NCBI GenBank assembly: GCA_018266835.1
Contig: JAFDZP010000002.1
Coordinates: forward strand, 779,302 to 843,301
Length of the DNA stretch: 64,000 nt
From: Bacteroidota bacterium
GTDB taxonomy: Bacteria > Bacteroidota > Ignavibacteria > Tepidaquicellales > Tepidaquicellaceae
Reading direction: 5' to 3'
The translations under genes and the position numbers were made by a program. Below are positions 9,994 through 19,626 of the stretch, in pieces. The notes beneath the pieces are model-generated. The model searched no databases. It worked only from the letters and a program-made list of their open reading frames with translations, and was not told the origin of the DNA. The stretch's first letter is position 1, and every line of letters begins with the position of its first letter.

Positions 9994-11261
9994 AATTTAT
10001 TATACATTTCTAAAAACTCACTCACTAAAAAGAAGGAACCTGTAACTAAAATCATATCCTTTTTATCAGCTAAATTAAGTGCATGAGAGAAGGCATCGTT
10101 CAGATTTTGTACAGGAATAAATTTTGATTTATTCTTTACAGATTCAAATAACTTCTGCGGTTCTTCGGCACGCGGATAAAGCGGTCTTGTTAAAATAATT
10201 TTTGCATCAAGCTTTGAAAGTATATTCAGGCATTTCTGATAATTTTTATCCTTCATCATTCCAAAAAGTATAATGAGTTTTTTATATTTAAAATATTTCA
10301 AATTGGCTTCAATATTTTCAAATGCCTGTTCATTGTGTGATACGTCTGTAACAATTTTTGGAGATTGCTTTATTACATCAAAGCGCCCGTAAAAATTTGA
10401 GTTAGCTTTTATGTTGGATAATCCTTTTTGAATTATACTATTTGTAAAATTAATTTTATTTTTTTCGGAAAGAACATTTATCGCTGTCAGTGCAGTTCTT
10501 AAATTATTAATTTGATAATCTCCTATTAAAGGAAATTTGAATTTCTGATTTTCAAATTCAAAATCTAATCCCTTTTCACTTCGCTTTATTATATTAATTT
10601 CCTTACTCGAAGAATTTATTAGTTTAGATTTGGTCTTCTCAGCTTTCTCCATTATTTCTTTTATAGCTGCACGTTTAAGATTGCCGACAACTACAGGTAC
10701 ATTTTTTTTAATAATTCCTGCTTTTTCATAGGCTATTTTTTCAATTGTGTCTCCTAAAAAATCTACGTGGTCAATTGCTATTGTAGTAATTATTGAAAGC
10801 TCTGGCATTAATACATTTGTAGAATCCAATCTTCCGCCAAGCCCGGTTTCAATCACAGCGTAATCAACTTTTTTCTTTGAGAAATATTCAAACACCATTG
10901 CTGTCGCGACTTCAAAAAAACTCGGCTCAATTTTTTTTACTAAAGGGTTAATCTTATTTGTAAAATCTATAATGAATTTCTTTGAAGCCCATTCACCGTT
11001 TACTAATATTCTTTCTCTGAAATCTGTTATGTGAGGTGATGTATATAATCCGCATCTGAAACCTTTTTCTATTAATATCGAGTTTATTATAGAAGAGACG
11101 GAACCTTTTCCGTTTGTTCCTGCAATATGGATTGACTTAAAGTTCTTTTCAGGATTTCCAAGAAAGCTTAACAGCTTTTTTATGTTGTTAAGATTATATT
11201 TTATTCCTCTTCTCTCGAGTTTGAAAAGGTAATCGATAGTTTTATTGTAATCAGTAAACAA
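9984..11261 (-). CDS. folC: Folylpolyglutamate synthase / dihydrofolate synthase
   Basis: Mur-ligase family P-loop GTNGKGS; 425 aa. Confidence 0.8.
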   Translation of the reverse strand: MFTDYNKTIDYLFKLERRGIKYNLNNIKKLLSFLGNPEKNFKSIHIAGTNGKGSVSSIINSILIEKGFRCGLYTSPHITDFRERILVNGEWASKKFIIDFTNKINPLVKKIEPSFFEVATAMVFEYFSKKKVDYAVIETGLGGRLDSTNVLMPELSIITTIAIDHVDFLGDTIEKIAYEKAGIIKKNVPVVVGNLKRAAIKEIMEKAEKTKSKLINSSSKEINIIKRSEKGLDFEFENQKFKFPLIGDYQINNLRTALTAINVLSEKNKINFTNSIIQKGLSNIKANSNFYGRFDVIKQSPKIVTDVSHNEQAFENIEANLKYFKYKKLIILFGMMKDKNYQKCLNILSKLDAKIILTRPLYPRAEEPQKLFESVKNKSKFIPVQNLNDAFSHALNLADKKDMILVTGSFFLVSEFLEMYNKFYK

Positions 11262-11369
11262 GATGTAAAATTTTGTGTGTAATTTACTTTAATCATCAAA
11301 CTAATTAAATGCTAAAGTCCTCTCTATTTAAATATTATGTGAGTATATTTTTAATTAATTTGTTCTTTT

Positions 11370-12092
11370 ATGACTAAAAGAAAGCTGCAAATAATAATTG
11401 ATGCCTTAGAGAATGAATATCACTCAAAAACAATCGGCTTCAGCAGTAAAAATATTCTTGATGTACTTATTGCAATAAAGCTTTCGCAGAATACAACTGA
11501 TAAGTCTTCCCATAAAGCTTATACAAACTTACGAAGTGAATACAAAACATGGGAAGAAGTTGCCGATGCTCCGTTAAATAAAATAAAAGAACTAATTAAA
11601 GTATGCGGGCTTGCAAATACTAAAGCTCCGCAGATACAAAACATGCTGAAGGAAATGCAGAAGAAATATGGCAGTCTGAATCTGGATTTCTTTTATAAAA
11701 AAAGTAACAATGAAATATATGAAGAACTTTTGCAGCATAGCGGTCTTGGAGTAAAAACAATTTCATGCGTTCTTGCTTTTGCAATGGGCAGAAGTGTTTT
11801 TCCGGTCGATACTCACGTTCACAGAATTTTAAACAGAACAGGAGTTGTACAAACAACAACGGCAGAAAAAACATTCGAAGCTGCGACGAAGATTATTCCG
11901 GATGAAGAGAAAGTTTCGTTTCATACAAACCTTATAAAATTCGGACGCAATTATTGCAGAGCTATAAATCCTTTATGCAATAAATGTTTTATTTATAAAG
12001 AATGCGAATGGGCGGAAAAGAAATTTTATAAAGAAGCCAACAAAGAAACAGAAATAAATGAAAACAATTTTATAATAGTAGATCATATTTAG
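11370..12092 (+). CDS. Endonuclease III-like HhH-GPD DNA glycosylase with a 4Fe-4S cluster
   Basis: HhH segment LGVKTISCVLAFA with the Lys, plus a C-terminal C-x6-C-x2-C-x5-C (CRAINPLCNKCFIYKEC). Confidence 0.7.
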   Translation: MTKRKLQIIIDALENEYHSKTIGFSSKNILDVLIAIKLSQNTTDKSSHKAYTNLRSEYKTWEEVADAPLNKIKELIKVCGLANTKAPQIQNMLKEMQKKYGSLNLDFFYKKSNNEIYEELLQHSGLGVKTISCVLAFAMGRSVFPVDTHVHRILNRTGVVQTTTAEKTFEAATKIIPDEEKVSFHTNLIKFGRNYCRAINPLCNKCFIYKECEWAEKKFYKEANKETEINENNFIIVDHI

Positions 12093-12095
12093 AAT

Positions 12096-13160
12096 TTGAT
12101 TTTAGATAAAAATAAAATACAGAAGATACTGGTAATAAAATTCGGCGGAATGGGTGACATCCTTCTTACTACTCCTGTGCTGCCAAATCTAAAAGCATAT
12201 TTCCCTAAGGCTGAGATTTATTTCCTTACCTTGGAGCATTCACGTGACCTTCTGTTTGATAATCCATATATCTCACGTGCGTTCACTTATACTCCCAGTG
12301 AAGACGACTCACTTTTTTTAATCCGCACAATAAGAAAACAAAGATACGATTTAGTAATTGACCTCTACTGCAATCCCAGGACTGCAATGATAACTTTTTG
12401 CAGCGGAGCTAAGTACCGCTTCGGCTTCCGTTTCAGAGGAAGAAAGTATGCATACAATATAATGACTGACGGAAGAGGCGGTGAAGTCCACAATATTGAT
12501 TTCAACTTAGATGCATTACGAAAACTAGAGATACCAATTTTCACAAAGGATATGTTTATCCCTGTAAACATTGTTCACAAAGAATTTGCAGAAGAGTTTA
12601 TAAACAGCAACAACATTAAAGGCAAACCCATCATAGGTATTTCGAAAACCGGCGGCTGGGAATCCAAGAGATATAAAACAGCTGACTACATTATACTATT
12701 AAAAGAACTCAATAAAATTTACGATGCTAACTATTTACTGATATGGGGGACAAAGAAAGAACGTGAGGACTGCGAAGCAATCAACAAAGAATTCCCGGAT
12801 AATACATTTATTATTCCCGACAGTCCTTTAAAATATCTTGCAGCGTTAATTGAGAGATGCGATATAATCATAGGTAACGACTCAGGTCCTTTACATATAG
12901 CATGTGCAATGAAAATTCCCGTGCTGGGAATTTATGGACCTACTAATCCCGCTCTGCAAGGACCTTATGGAGATAAAAATCTTACAATTGTAAATGAAAA
13001 CTTAAATTGTTTATATTGTAGTTTGCTTGATTGTCCGATAGGAAATATTTGCATGACTGAACTTGATAAAGGAAAGATAATTGAAAAGATTAAGATATTG
13101 ATGCAACGACTTCCTAATTCAGAATTCAGAATGCAGAATTCAGAATTGCCTTCAACTTAG
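12096..13160 (+). CDS. Glycosyltransferase family 9 (LPS heptosyltransferase-like); TTG start
   Basis: N-terminal ILVIKFGGMGDILLTTP, typical of GT9. The C-terminal tail is encoded by tandem aattcaga octamers (13115-13160). Confidence 0.7.
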   Translation: MILDKNKIQKILVIKFGGMGDILLTTPVLPNLKAYFPKAEIYFLTLEHSRDLLFDNPYISRAFTYTPSEDDSLFLIRTIRKQRYDLVIDLYCNPRTAMITFCSGAKYRFGFRFRGRKYAYNIMTDGRGGEVHNIDFNLDALRKLEIPIFTKDMFIPVNIVHKEFAEEFINSNNIKGKPIIGISKTGGWESKRYKTADYIILLKELNKIYDANYLLIWGTKKEREDCEAINKEFPDNTFIIPDSPLKYLAALIERCDIIIGNDSGPLHIACAMKIPVLGIYGPTNPALQGPYGDKNLTIVNENLNCLYCSLLDCPIGNICMTELDKGKIIEKIKILMQRLPNSEFRMQNSELPST

Positions 13161-13232
13161 ATTTACTTTATTATCAATTAATACCTTAGAAAAAATTATT
13201 CATTATTAATTACTAATTATTAATTAAACAAA

Positions 13233-14603
13233 ATGCAGGAAAACACTACCGTTTCCAATAAGATGCCGAAAGGCATTCCCTACATCATCGGTAATGAGCT
13301 TGCTGAACGGTTCAGTTATTACGGAATGAAAACAATTCTCGTTGTTTTTATGACTCAATATATTATGAACCACACAGGCCAGAAAGATTTGATGAATGAG
13401 ACCGATGCCATATCATGGTATCACTGGTTCAGTACGGCAAATTATTTTTTCCCTATCGTCGGCGCATTAGTTTCCGATATTCTCTGGGGAAAATACAAAA
13501 CTATAATGCTCCTCTCCGTTGTTTATTGTCTAGGTCATTTAGCCCTGGCATTAGATGATACACGCCTGGGATTATCAATAGGTCTTACTTTAATAGCAAT
13601 CGGTTCCGGCGGAATAAAGCCTTGCGTTTCGGCTCACGTCGGTGACCAGTTTGAAGAAAAAAATAAACACCTGCTGGAAAAAATATTCAGCTTCTTTTAT
13701 TTAGCTATTAATTTAGGAGCAGCAGCTTCATCGCTTCTGACACCTTTAGTATTAGATAAATACGGTCCTCATCTTGCATTTGGTATTCCCGGATTTTTAA
13801 TGCTCCTTGCAACCATAGTTTTTTACCGCGGACATAAAGTCTTTATAGCTATTAAGCCGGCAGGTTGGGGTGTTTATAAACGAGATTTATTTAGCCCGCA
13901 GGGAAAGAAAGCAATTATCAATCTTTCCATTATGTACATTTTCATAGCAGTCTTTTGGGCACTTTATGATCAGACCGGTTCTTCATGGGTAATTCAGGCA
14001 GCAAGTTTAGATAAGACTGTTAACTTGGGTTTTGTAAAATTTGAATTACTTGATTCCCAAATCCAGGCGATTAACCCAATATTAGTCCTGACTCTTATTC
14101 CCGTATTCACACTTTATTTATATCCTAAAATCAATAAGTTCTGGACTTTAACTCCACTGAGAAAAATTTCAATAGGTATGTTTATAACAGCTTTCTCTTA
14201 TGTGCTCATAGCAATTCCACAGGGAATGATTGATGCAGGAGGAAAGCCGGGAGTACTATGGCAAGTCTTTGCTTATGTTATTCTGACAGTGGCAGAGCTG
14301 CTGATATCTATAACAGGTTTGGAATTCTCTTACACTCAGGCACCTAACACTATGAAGTCATTTATCATGGGACTCTGGCTTCTTGCAGTAGCGCTTGGTA
14401 ACTTCTTAGATACTCAGATAAACTATTTTGTTACGAGCTTAAAAGATGCTGCAGGAAATATTACTGCAGCTTACTTCTGGTTCTATGTTGGGCTGATGGC
14501 AGTTACCTCAGTAATATTCTTACTTGTAGCCAGAAGATACAAAGAGGAAAATTACATTCAGTCACGTGAAGATGTAATGGACCCGGTATTGGTAGAGAAC
14601 TGA
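13233..14603 (+). CDS. POT/PTR2-family proton-dependent oligopeptide transporter
   Basis: ERFSYYGMKTIL and FYLAINLGA PTR2 signatures; multi-TM protein. Confidence 0.75.
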   Translation: MQENTTVSNKMPKGIPYIIGNELAERFSYYGMKTILVVFMTQYIMNHTGQKDLMNETDAISWYHWFSTANYFFPIVGALVSDILWGKYKTIMLLSVVYCLGHLALALDDTRLGLSIGLTLIAIGSGGIKPCVSAHVGDQFEEKNKHLLEKIFSFFYLAINLGAAASSLLTPLVLDKYGPHLAFGIPGFLMLLATIVFYRGHKVFIAIKPAGWGVYKRDLFSPQGKKAIINLSIMYIFIAVFWALYDQTGSSWVIQAASLDKTVNLGFVKFELLDSQIQAINPILVLTLIPVFTLYLYPKINKFWTLTPLRKISIGMFITAFSYVLIAIPQGMIDAGGKPGVLWQVFAYVILTVAELLISITGLEFSYTQAPNTMKSFIMGLWLLAVALGNFLDTQINYFVTSLKDAAGNITAAYFWFYVGLMAVTSVIFLLVARRYKEENYIQSREDVMDPVLVEN

Positions 14604-14606
14604 TAT

Positions 14607-14648
14607 AGTATAAAGTATAAAGTATAAAGTATAAAGTAGTAAGTATAA
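14607..14648. repeat. Tandem AGTATAA heptamer (x4) ending in GTAGTAAGTATAA. A copy of the dispersed GTATAAAGTAGTAAGTATAA motif.
   Basis: agtataaagtataaagtataaagtataaagtagtaagtataagg read directly. Related copies are at 20593-20614 (+) and 25845-25879 (-). Confidence 0.65.
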
Positions 14649-14685
14649 GGACCTGATAAAAGTAATTTTTGTCAGGTCTTTTTTT
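14649..14685 (+). terminator. Rho-independent terminator after the POT transporter gene
   Basis: Hairpin gacctga-N15-tcaggtc followed by ttttttt. Confidence 0.6.
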
Positions 14686-14688
14686 ATT

Positions 14689-16002
14689 TTATTTGATCAG
14701 GATCATTTTCTTTGTTTCAGTAAACCCATCTGTTTCCAATTTATAGAAGTATATTCCGCTGTTTAAATCTCCTCCATCAAAACTTACTTCATATTCTCCT
14801 GCAGGAAGATTTTCATTTACTAAGTTTTTAACTTCTCTTCCAAGCGCATCAAATACATTTATCTTTATAAATCCTGATTTTGTTAATGCAAATTTTATAT
14901 TTGTATTTGGATTGAATGGATTAGGATAATTTTGTGATAAAGAAAATTTATCCGGGATTTTTGATGTAATGTTATTTGCATTCGTTAATCCCCCTGTAAT
15001 TGATTTTAAAATAATCCCTCCATTTTGATAGCTGCATGCCCAACCTGTCAGTGCATTAACAAACAGCATATTTCCCACTGAAACTAAGGAAGAACTTGCA
15101 GTAGATTTTATCCAGTTTTCACCGCCGTTAGTTGTTTTTAAGACGCCTGAAGTATCGCCTGATTTGTATGTACCAATCCATCCTGTATTTTCGTTAATAA
15201 AAGAGACAGAAAACAAATTGCGTGAAGTACTTGTATTTTTTCTTATCCAGCTATCTCCTCCATCTGTTGTTTTCAATAATCTTCCCCCTTCACCTGCAGC
15301 AAAACCGGTCTGGCTGTTTACAAATTTAATTTGTTTAAGGTTAGAATTTATTAAATTGCTATCTCGCAGCTGCACCACCCAATTTGCTCCGCAGTTTGTT
15401 GTCTTAAGTATTCTTCCTAAACGAAGTCCTGTATCATTTCCAAAGAAAGCTAATACCCATCCCGTTAAATTATTTATAAAATGTATACTTGAAAACTGGT
15501 ACCCGCCAAAACCTGAAACTTGCGGCTGCCAGTTAACACCTCCGTTTGTTGTCCGGGAAAACCCGCCTTCAGTTTGATACATTGAGTATCCCGATAAAGC
15601 TGCAAATACCGTATCTTTATTTAAAATATAAATAGAAGAAAATGTAGAGTAACCACCACTATAAATTAAAACATACCAGTTAGCACCGCCATTAGTTGTA
15701 TTTAAAATTCCTGTAGTTGAAAGAATATAATCATCACCGCCGGCTACCCATCCGGTATTTTCATTTATAAAGTGAATCGATTTATAACAAACTCTTATCG
15801 GAGAATACTGACCAATCCAATTTAATCCCCCGTTAGTTGTTTTAGCAACAAATCCGGAATCACCGCAAGCCCATCCGGTATTCTCATTAAGAAAATAAAT
15901 ATTGTTTATAGGATACTGAGTAGTGTATTGAAGGAACCATCCGTTCTGTGCAAACGAATATGATGAGATTAAAACAAACAAAATAAATAAGGTTTTTTTC
16001 AT
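14689..16002 (-). CDS. Secreted BNR/Ycf48-like beta-propeller protein with a T9SS C-terminal sorting domain
   Basis: Signal peptide; six TNGG.NW-type repeats; C-terminal NYPNPFNP...SGIYFYKL...KKMILIK T9SS CTD. Confidence 0.65.
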   Translation of the reverse strand: MKKTLFILFVLISSYSFAQNGWFLQYTTQYPINNIYFLNENTGWACGDSGFVAKTTNGGLNWIGQYSPIRVCYKSIHFINENTGWVAGGDDYILSTTGILNTTNGGANWYVLIYSGGYSTFSSIYILNKDTVFAALSGYSMYQTEGGFSRTTNGGVNWQPQVSGFGGYQFSSIHFINNLTGWVLAFFGNDTGLRLGRILKTTNCGANWVVQLRDSNLINSNLKQIKFVNSQTGFAAGEGGRLLKTTDGGDSWIRKNTSTSRNLFSVSFINENTGWIGTYKSGDTSGVLKTTNGGENWIKSTASSSLVSVGNMLFVNALTGWACSYQNGGIILKSITGGLTNANNITSKIPDKFSLSQNYPNPFNPNTNIKFALTKSGFIKINVFDALGREVKNLVNENLPAGEYEVSFDGGDLNSGIYFYKLETDGFTETKKMILIK

Positions 16003-16198
16003 AGCAACCTCCTGAATAATTTTAGAATTTAATTAAGAAGAATTAAAGGTAAAAAATCAGACTTTTAAAAAACTTTACATTCTTTCTTAGTTTTGTTTTG
16101 TAAAATATTAATTTGTTATTTATTACCTCAAAGTTAATTGAATGTAAAATCTCGTTTCATTAATTTATTGAACTTCTTAAAGCATCATTCCTTAGACA

Positions 16199-17134
16199 AT
16201 GTCAAATCTCAAAGTTTTTTCAGGAAGAAATTCCGAATACCTTGCTAAAAAAATAGCGGGCAAACACGGTATTAAACTGGGCGATGTATCAATCAAAACT
16301 TTTTCAGACGGTGAACTTTGGGTAAAGTATGAAGAGAACATCAGAGGCGCTGACTTATTTATTATTCAATCTACAAATCCCCCGTTTGATAATTTATTCG
16401 AACTTCTCGTTATGATTGACGCTGCACGTAGAGCATCAGCCAGAAGAATCAATGCAGTCATTCCTTACTTCGGCTATGCAAGGCAGGACAGAAAAGACCA
16501 GCCCCGCGTTGCTATAACGGCAAAGCTTGTTGCAAATCTTATCACCAATGCCGGAGCCGACAGAGTTATCACAATGGACTTACACGCTCCACAGGTTCAG
16601 GGCTTCTTTGATATTCCCGTTGACCATCTTTATTGCTCACAAGTCTTTATGGAAAGCTTCAAGAAAATGAAGATACCGAATCTTGCAATCGCTACTCCGG
16701 ATGTAGGTGGAATAAAAATGGCAAGAGCTTATGCTAAACGTCTTCATGCTGATTTAATTGTAATTGATAAACGACGCCCGAAACCAAACGTTGCCGAAGT
16801 AATGAATATAATCGGAGACGTTGAAGGAAAGAACGTTTTAATAATTGATGACTTAATAGATACAGGCGGTACTTTTGTTAATGCAGTTGAAGCATTAAAA
16901 ATGAACGGAGCTGTCAATGTTTACGGCGCTTGTACACATCCTGTATTTTCCGGCAATGCAATTGAACGAATTAACAACTCGTCAATCAAAAAATTATATG
17001 TATCTGATACGTTACCATTAAAAGAAAAATCATCTAAGATTGAAGTAAAGAGCATTGCTAACTTATTTGCCGAAGCAATTGTAAGAACTAATAAAGACCA
17101 GTCAATAACATCTTTATTTGATAACGTAAGCTGA
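16199..17134 (+). CDS. prs: Ribose-phosphate pyrophosphokinase
   Basis: MSNLKVFSGRNSEYLAKKIA N-terminus and the PRPP-binding loop. Confidence 0.9.
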   Translation: MSNLKVFSGRNSEYLAKKIAGKHGIKLGDVSIKTFSDGELWVKYEENIRGADLFIIQSTNPPFDNLFELLVMIDAARRASARRINAVIPYFGYARQDRKDQPRVAITAKLVANLITNAGADRVITMDLHAPQVQGFFDIPVDHLYCSQVFMESFKKMKIPNLAIATPDVGGIKMARAYAKRLHADLIVIDKRRPKPNVAEVMNIIGDVEGKNVLIIDDLIDTGGTFVNAVEALKMNGAVNVYGACTHPVFSGNAIERINNSSIKKLYVSDTLPLKEKSSKIEVKSIANLFAEAIVRTNKDQSITSLFDNVS

Positions 17135-17147
17135 CCTAATTTTTAAA

Positions 17148-17235
17148 ACGCGAAGAGCGCAAAGGTTTTCGCAAAGCACGCAAAGAATTGAAATAATTTT
17201 TTGCGGTTTTTGCGTATTCTTAGCGGACTTTGCAT
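17148..17235. repeat. Long imperfect hairpin built from GCAAAG ... CTTTGC/TTTGCG repeats. A second copy of the family is at 62085-62195.
   Basis: cgcgaagagcgcaaaggttttcgcaaagcacgcaaagaa...ttttgcggtttttgcgtattcttagcggactttgcat. Shares acgcaaagaa / ttttgcgta / cttagcgg / ctttgcat blocks with the 62.1 kb copy. Confidence 0.65.
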
Positions 17236-17338
17236 TTAATTTCCCAAACCTTAGGTACTTTTTAGTAAATTGAAACCCTCTCAAATTATAGGTATTTTAC
17301 CCTAATATAAATTTTAATTACTTTAATATACTAACATA

Positions 17339-18679
17339 ATGCAAGTTGATATTTTAATGCCGAAAATGGGTGAATCCATTATGGAAGGCACCATTTTAAA
17401 GTGGCACAAACAGCCAGGCGATAAAGTTGAGAGAGATGAAACCATATTAGAAATCTCTACAGATAAAGTTGATACGGAAGTACCTTCTCCCGAATCAGGA
17501 GTTATCACAGAATTATTATTCAAAGAAGGCGACGTTGTTGAAGTAGGACACATGATTGCCAAAATGGATACCGATGCAAATGCAAAAGCAGGCGCAAGCG
17601 CTCCTGCAGCCGAAACAAAACAAGAAGCTCCAAAAGAGACACCTAAAGAAGAAGCAAAACCTGTTGAAGCATCTGAACCCGTTGCACAATCCGGCGGCTC
17701 AAGATTCTATTCACCTCTTGTACTGAACATTGCTTCAAAAGAAGGAATCGGAATGACGGAGCTTGAAAAAATTCCGGGTACAGGCGCTGAAGGCAGAGTA
17801 ACCAAGAAAGATATTTTAGCATACGTTGCAAACAGAGGAAGCAAACCTGCTGAAACCAAGCAAGCCGAAGCTCCTAAAACAGAAGCAAAACCGGTTGAAC
17901 AGAAACAAGCACCAAAACAGGAAGAAAGAAAAATTGAGCTTCCGAAACCGAAAATCGATTACAACGAAGAAGGATTATCAGTTACAGAGTTCGATAACAT
18001 CCGTCAGAAAATGGCTGAGCACATGGTTGCTTCAGTCCGTATCTCTCCGCACGTTACAGCAACTGTACTTGTTGACCTTAGCGCTATTGATAAAGCACGT
18101 AATGCTATGAGAGATGACTTCAAAACAAAAGAAGGCTTCAATCTCTCTTACATGCCGTTCATCTGCGAAGCAACTGTTAAAGCTTTGAAAGATTTCCCAT
18201 TGGTAAATTCTATCATTGATGATTCAGGCACACCATACAAAGCAATTACAAGAAACATGATTAACCTTGGTATTGCAGTCGCTATGGATAACGGCGGACT
18301 TATAGTTCCTGTTATCAAATCAGCTGACGGCAAGAACATGATTGGTATTGCACGCGACCTTAACGACCTTGCAAAAAGAGCAAGAGTTAAAAAGCTGACA
18401 CTCGATGAAATACAAGGTGGTACATTCTCCATCACAAACTATGGAGTGTTCGGAAACGATATGGGTACACCTATTATCAATCAGCCGCAAGTTGCAATCA
18501 TGGGACTTGGAGCCATCAAGAAGAGACCAATTGTTGTTGAAACAGAACAAGGTGACTTCATTCTTCCGAAGAGAAGCGTTTACATTACACTTTCATTCGA
18601 TCACAGACTTATCGACGGTGCGCTCGGCGGCCAGTTCGTTGTAAGAGTGAAAGAATATCTCGAAAACTATACAATGTAA
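17339..18679 (+). CDS. 2-oxoacid dehydrogenase E2 component (dihydrolipoyllysine-residue acyltransferase); no E1/E3 adjacent
   Basis: Lipoyl domain (EISTDKVDTEV), Ala/Pro-rich linkers, E3-binding domain, and catalytic DHRLIDGA. Confidence 0.85.
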   Translation: MQVDILMPKMGESIMEGTILKWHKQPGDKVERDETILEISTDKVDTEVPSPESGVITELLFKEGDVVEVGHMIAKMDTDANAKAGASAPAAETKQEAPKETPKEEAKPVEASEPVAQSGGSRFYSPLVLNIASKEGIGMTELEKIPGTGAEGRVTKKDILAYVANRGSKPAETKQAEAPKTEAKPVEQKQAPKQEERKIELPKPKIDYNEEGLSVTEFDNIRQKMAEHMVASVRISPHVTATVLVDLSAIDKARNAMRDDFKTKEGFNLSYMPFICEATVKALKDFPLVNSIIDDSGTPYKAITRNMINLGIAVAMDNGGLIVPVIKSADGKNMIGIARDLNDLAKRARVKKLTLDEIQGGTFSITNYGVFGNDMGTPIINQPQVAIMGLGAIKKRPIVVETEQGDFILPKRSVYITLSFDHRLIDGALGGQFVVRVKEYLENYTM

Positions 18680-18708
18680 TTTATACTTATTAATAAGTTA
18701 TGTTTTAA

Positions 18709-18744
18709 AGGGAGTGTCTGAAAGGACATTCCCTTTTGTATTTG
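18709..18744 (+). terminator. Rho-independent terminator (gggagtgtc-N6-gacattccc followed by a T-run)
   Basis: Hairpin and T-run read directly downstream of the E2 stop. A near-identical hairpin lies at 19588. Confidence 0.6.
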
Positions 18745-18746
18745 TA

Positions 18747-19448
18747 TTAATTTCCCCATGCATACCAATTTCCCTGAAGATGTTTCCATACTTTTGCTCC
18801 TCCATAATTTGTATGCTCTTCTCCATTTGGGGAGTATGTTATTCCGCTGCAATGGTTTAGCCATCCATTTATTGTAAAACATACTGAACCGTCTTTAAAT
18901 GTTTCTAAGTCAATACAATCAACGGCTGATAATTTTTTTATAAAATCTTCATGGGTGTCTTCATCTATATTTAACTCTTTAATTAAGTCCGAATACAGAT
19001 GAATAACATCTTTATCATATTCTGAAATATCTTTGGCGTGGTACATGAAAGGTTTATCATTTAATGAGCCGCCTTTGTTATTCCCCTCACTCATCTGGGT
19101 TATTTTTTCATAGCGATTAATCTCTTGCATAAAATCATTAAATTTTTTCTCCCTGAGCTTAAAAAAAACATAATCAGCAGCGTCTAACTGATATCCGTAA
19201 CTTAGACCGAAAAATAGAACGGTTCCTAAAATCCCGCCAAGTACACCTATTCTGAAATATTTTCTTTTCTCTACAAAACAATAAACTACATATGAAACAA
19301 TTACGACAACCATAACTATTAAATCAACTGCTAATAGAATCGGCCATAATTTAATTCTTATAAAAAAAACTGTTGTCAAAAATGGAATCATCAAATAAAG
19401 CAAAATAAGACCAATGACAAAACTGGAAACCACATTTCTTGATTTCAT
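18747..19448 (-). CDS. Hypothetical membrane protein (3 TM, C-terminal soluble domain). Paralog of the 19627-20154 gene.
   Basis: TM helices, plus shared blocks with the neighbour (E(I)NRYEKI / LNDK, C-terminal NWYAWGN versus NWYYWSF). Confidence 0.5.
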   Translation of the reverse strand: MKSRNVVSSFVIGLILLYLMIPFLTTVFFIRIKLWPILLAVDLIVMVVVIVSYVVYCFVEKRKYFRIGVLGGILGTVLFFGLSYGYQLDAADYVFFKLREKKFNDFMQEINRYEKITQMSEGNNKGGSLNDKPFMYHAKDISEYDKDVIHLYSDLIKELNIDEDTHEDFIKKLSAVDCIDLETFKDGSVCFTINGWLNHCSGITYSPNGEEHTNYGGAKVWKHLQGNWYAWGN

Positions 19449-19587
19449 TTCCTATCCCACTTTAATTGAACATCTTTTAATTTATATTTTTTGAATCTCA
19501 TGTATTAAAATCTAATTTATTGTAAATATCCATTTATTATTCAGACATCCCTATTCCTCTCCTTATAGTGGAAGGGGAAGAATCGTG

Positions 19588-19619
19588 CGGGAGTGTCCGT
19601 AATGACATTCCCTTTTTTT
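19588..19619 (+). terminator. Second copy of the gggagtgtc...gacattccc hairpin with a T7 run. Embedded in a GC-rich block related to the 1533-1660 cluster.
   Basis: cgggagtgtccgtaatgacattcccttttttt. The preceding ctccttatagtggaagggga resembles 1641-1660. Confidence 0.5.
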
Positions 19620-19626
19620 GTTAAGA

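Noticed and set aside
14607-14648. Possible CRISPR array
   Set aside because: Repeats are 7 nt, contiguous and without spacers. No cas genes are present in the window, and no other candidate array was seen.
17826-18110. 94-aa lysine-rich + strand ORF
   Set aside because: Out-of-frame translation of the Ala/Pro/Lys-rich linker region of the E2 acyltransferase gene.
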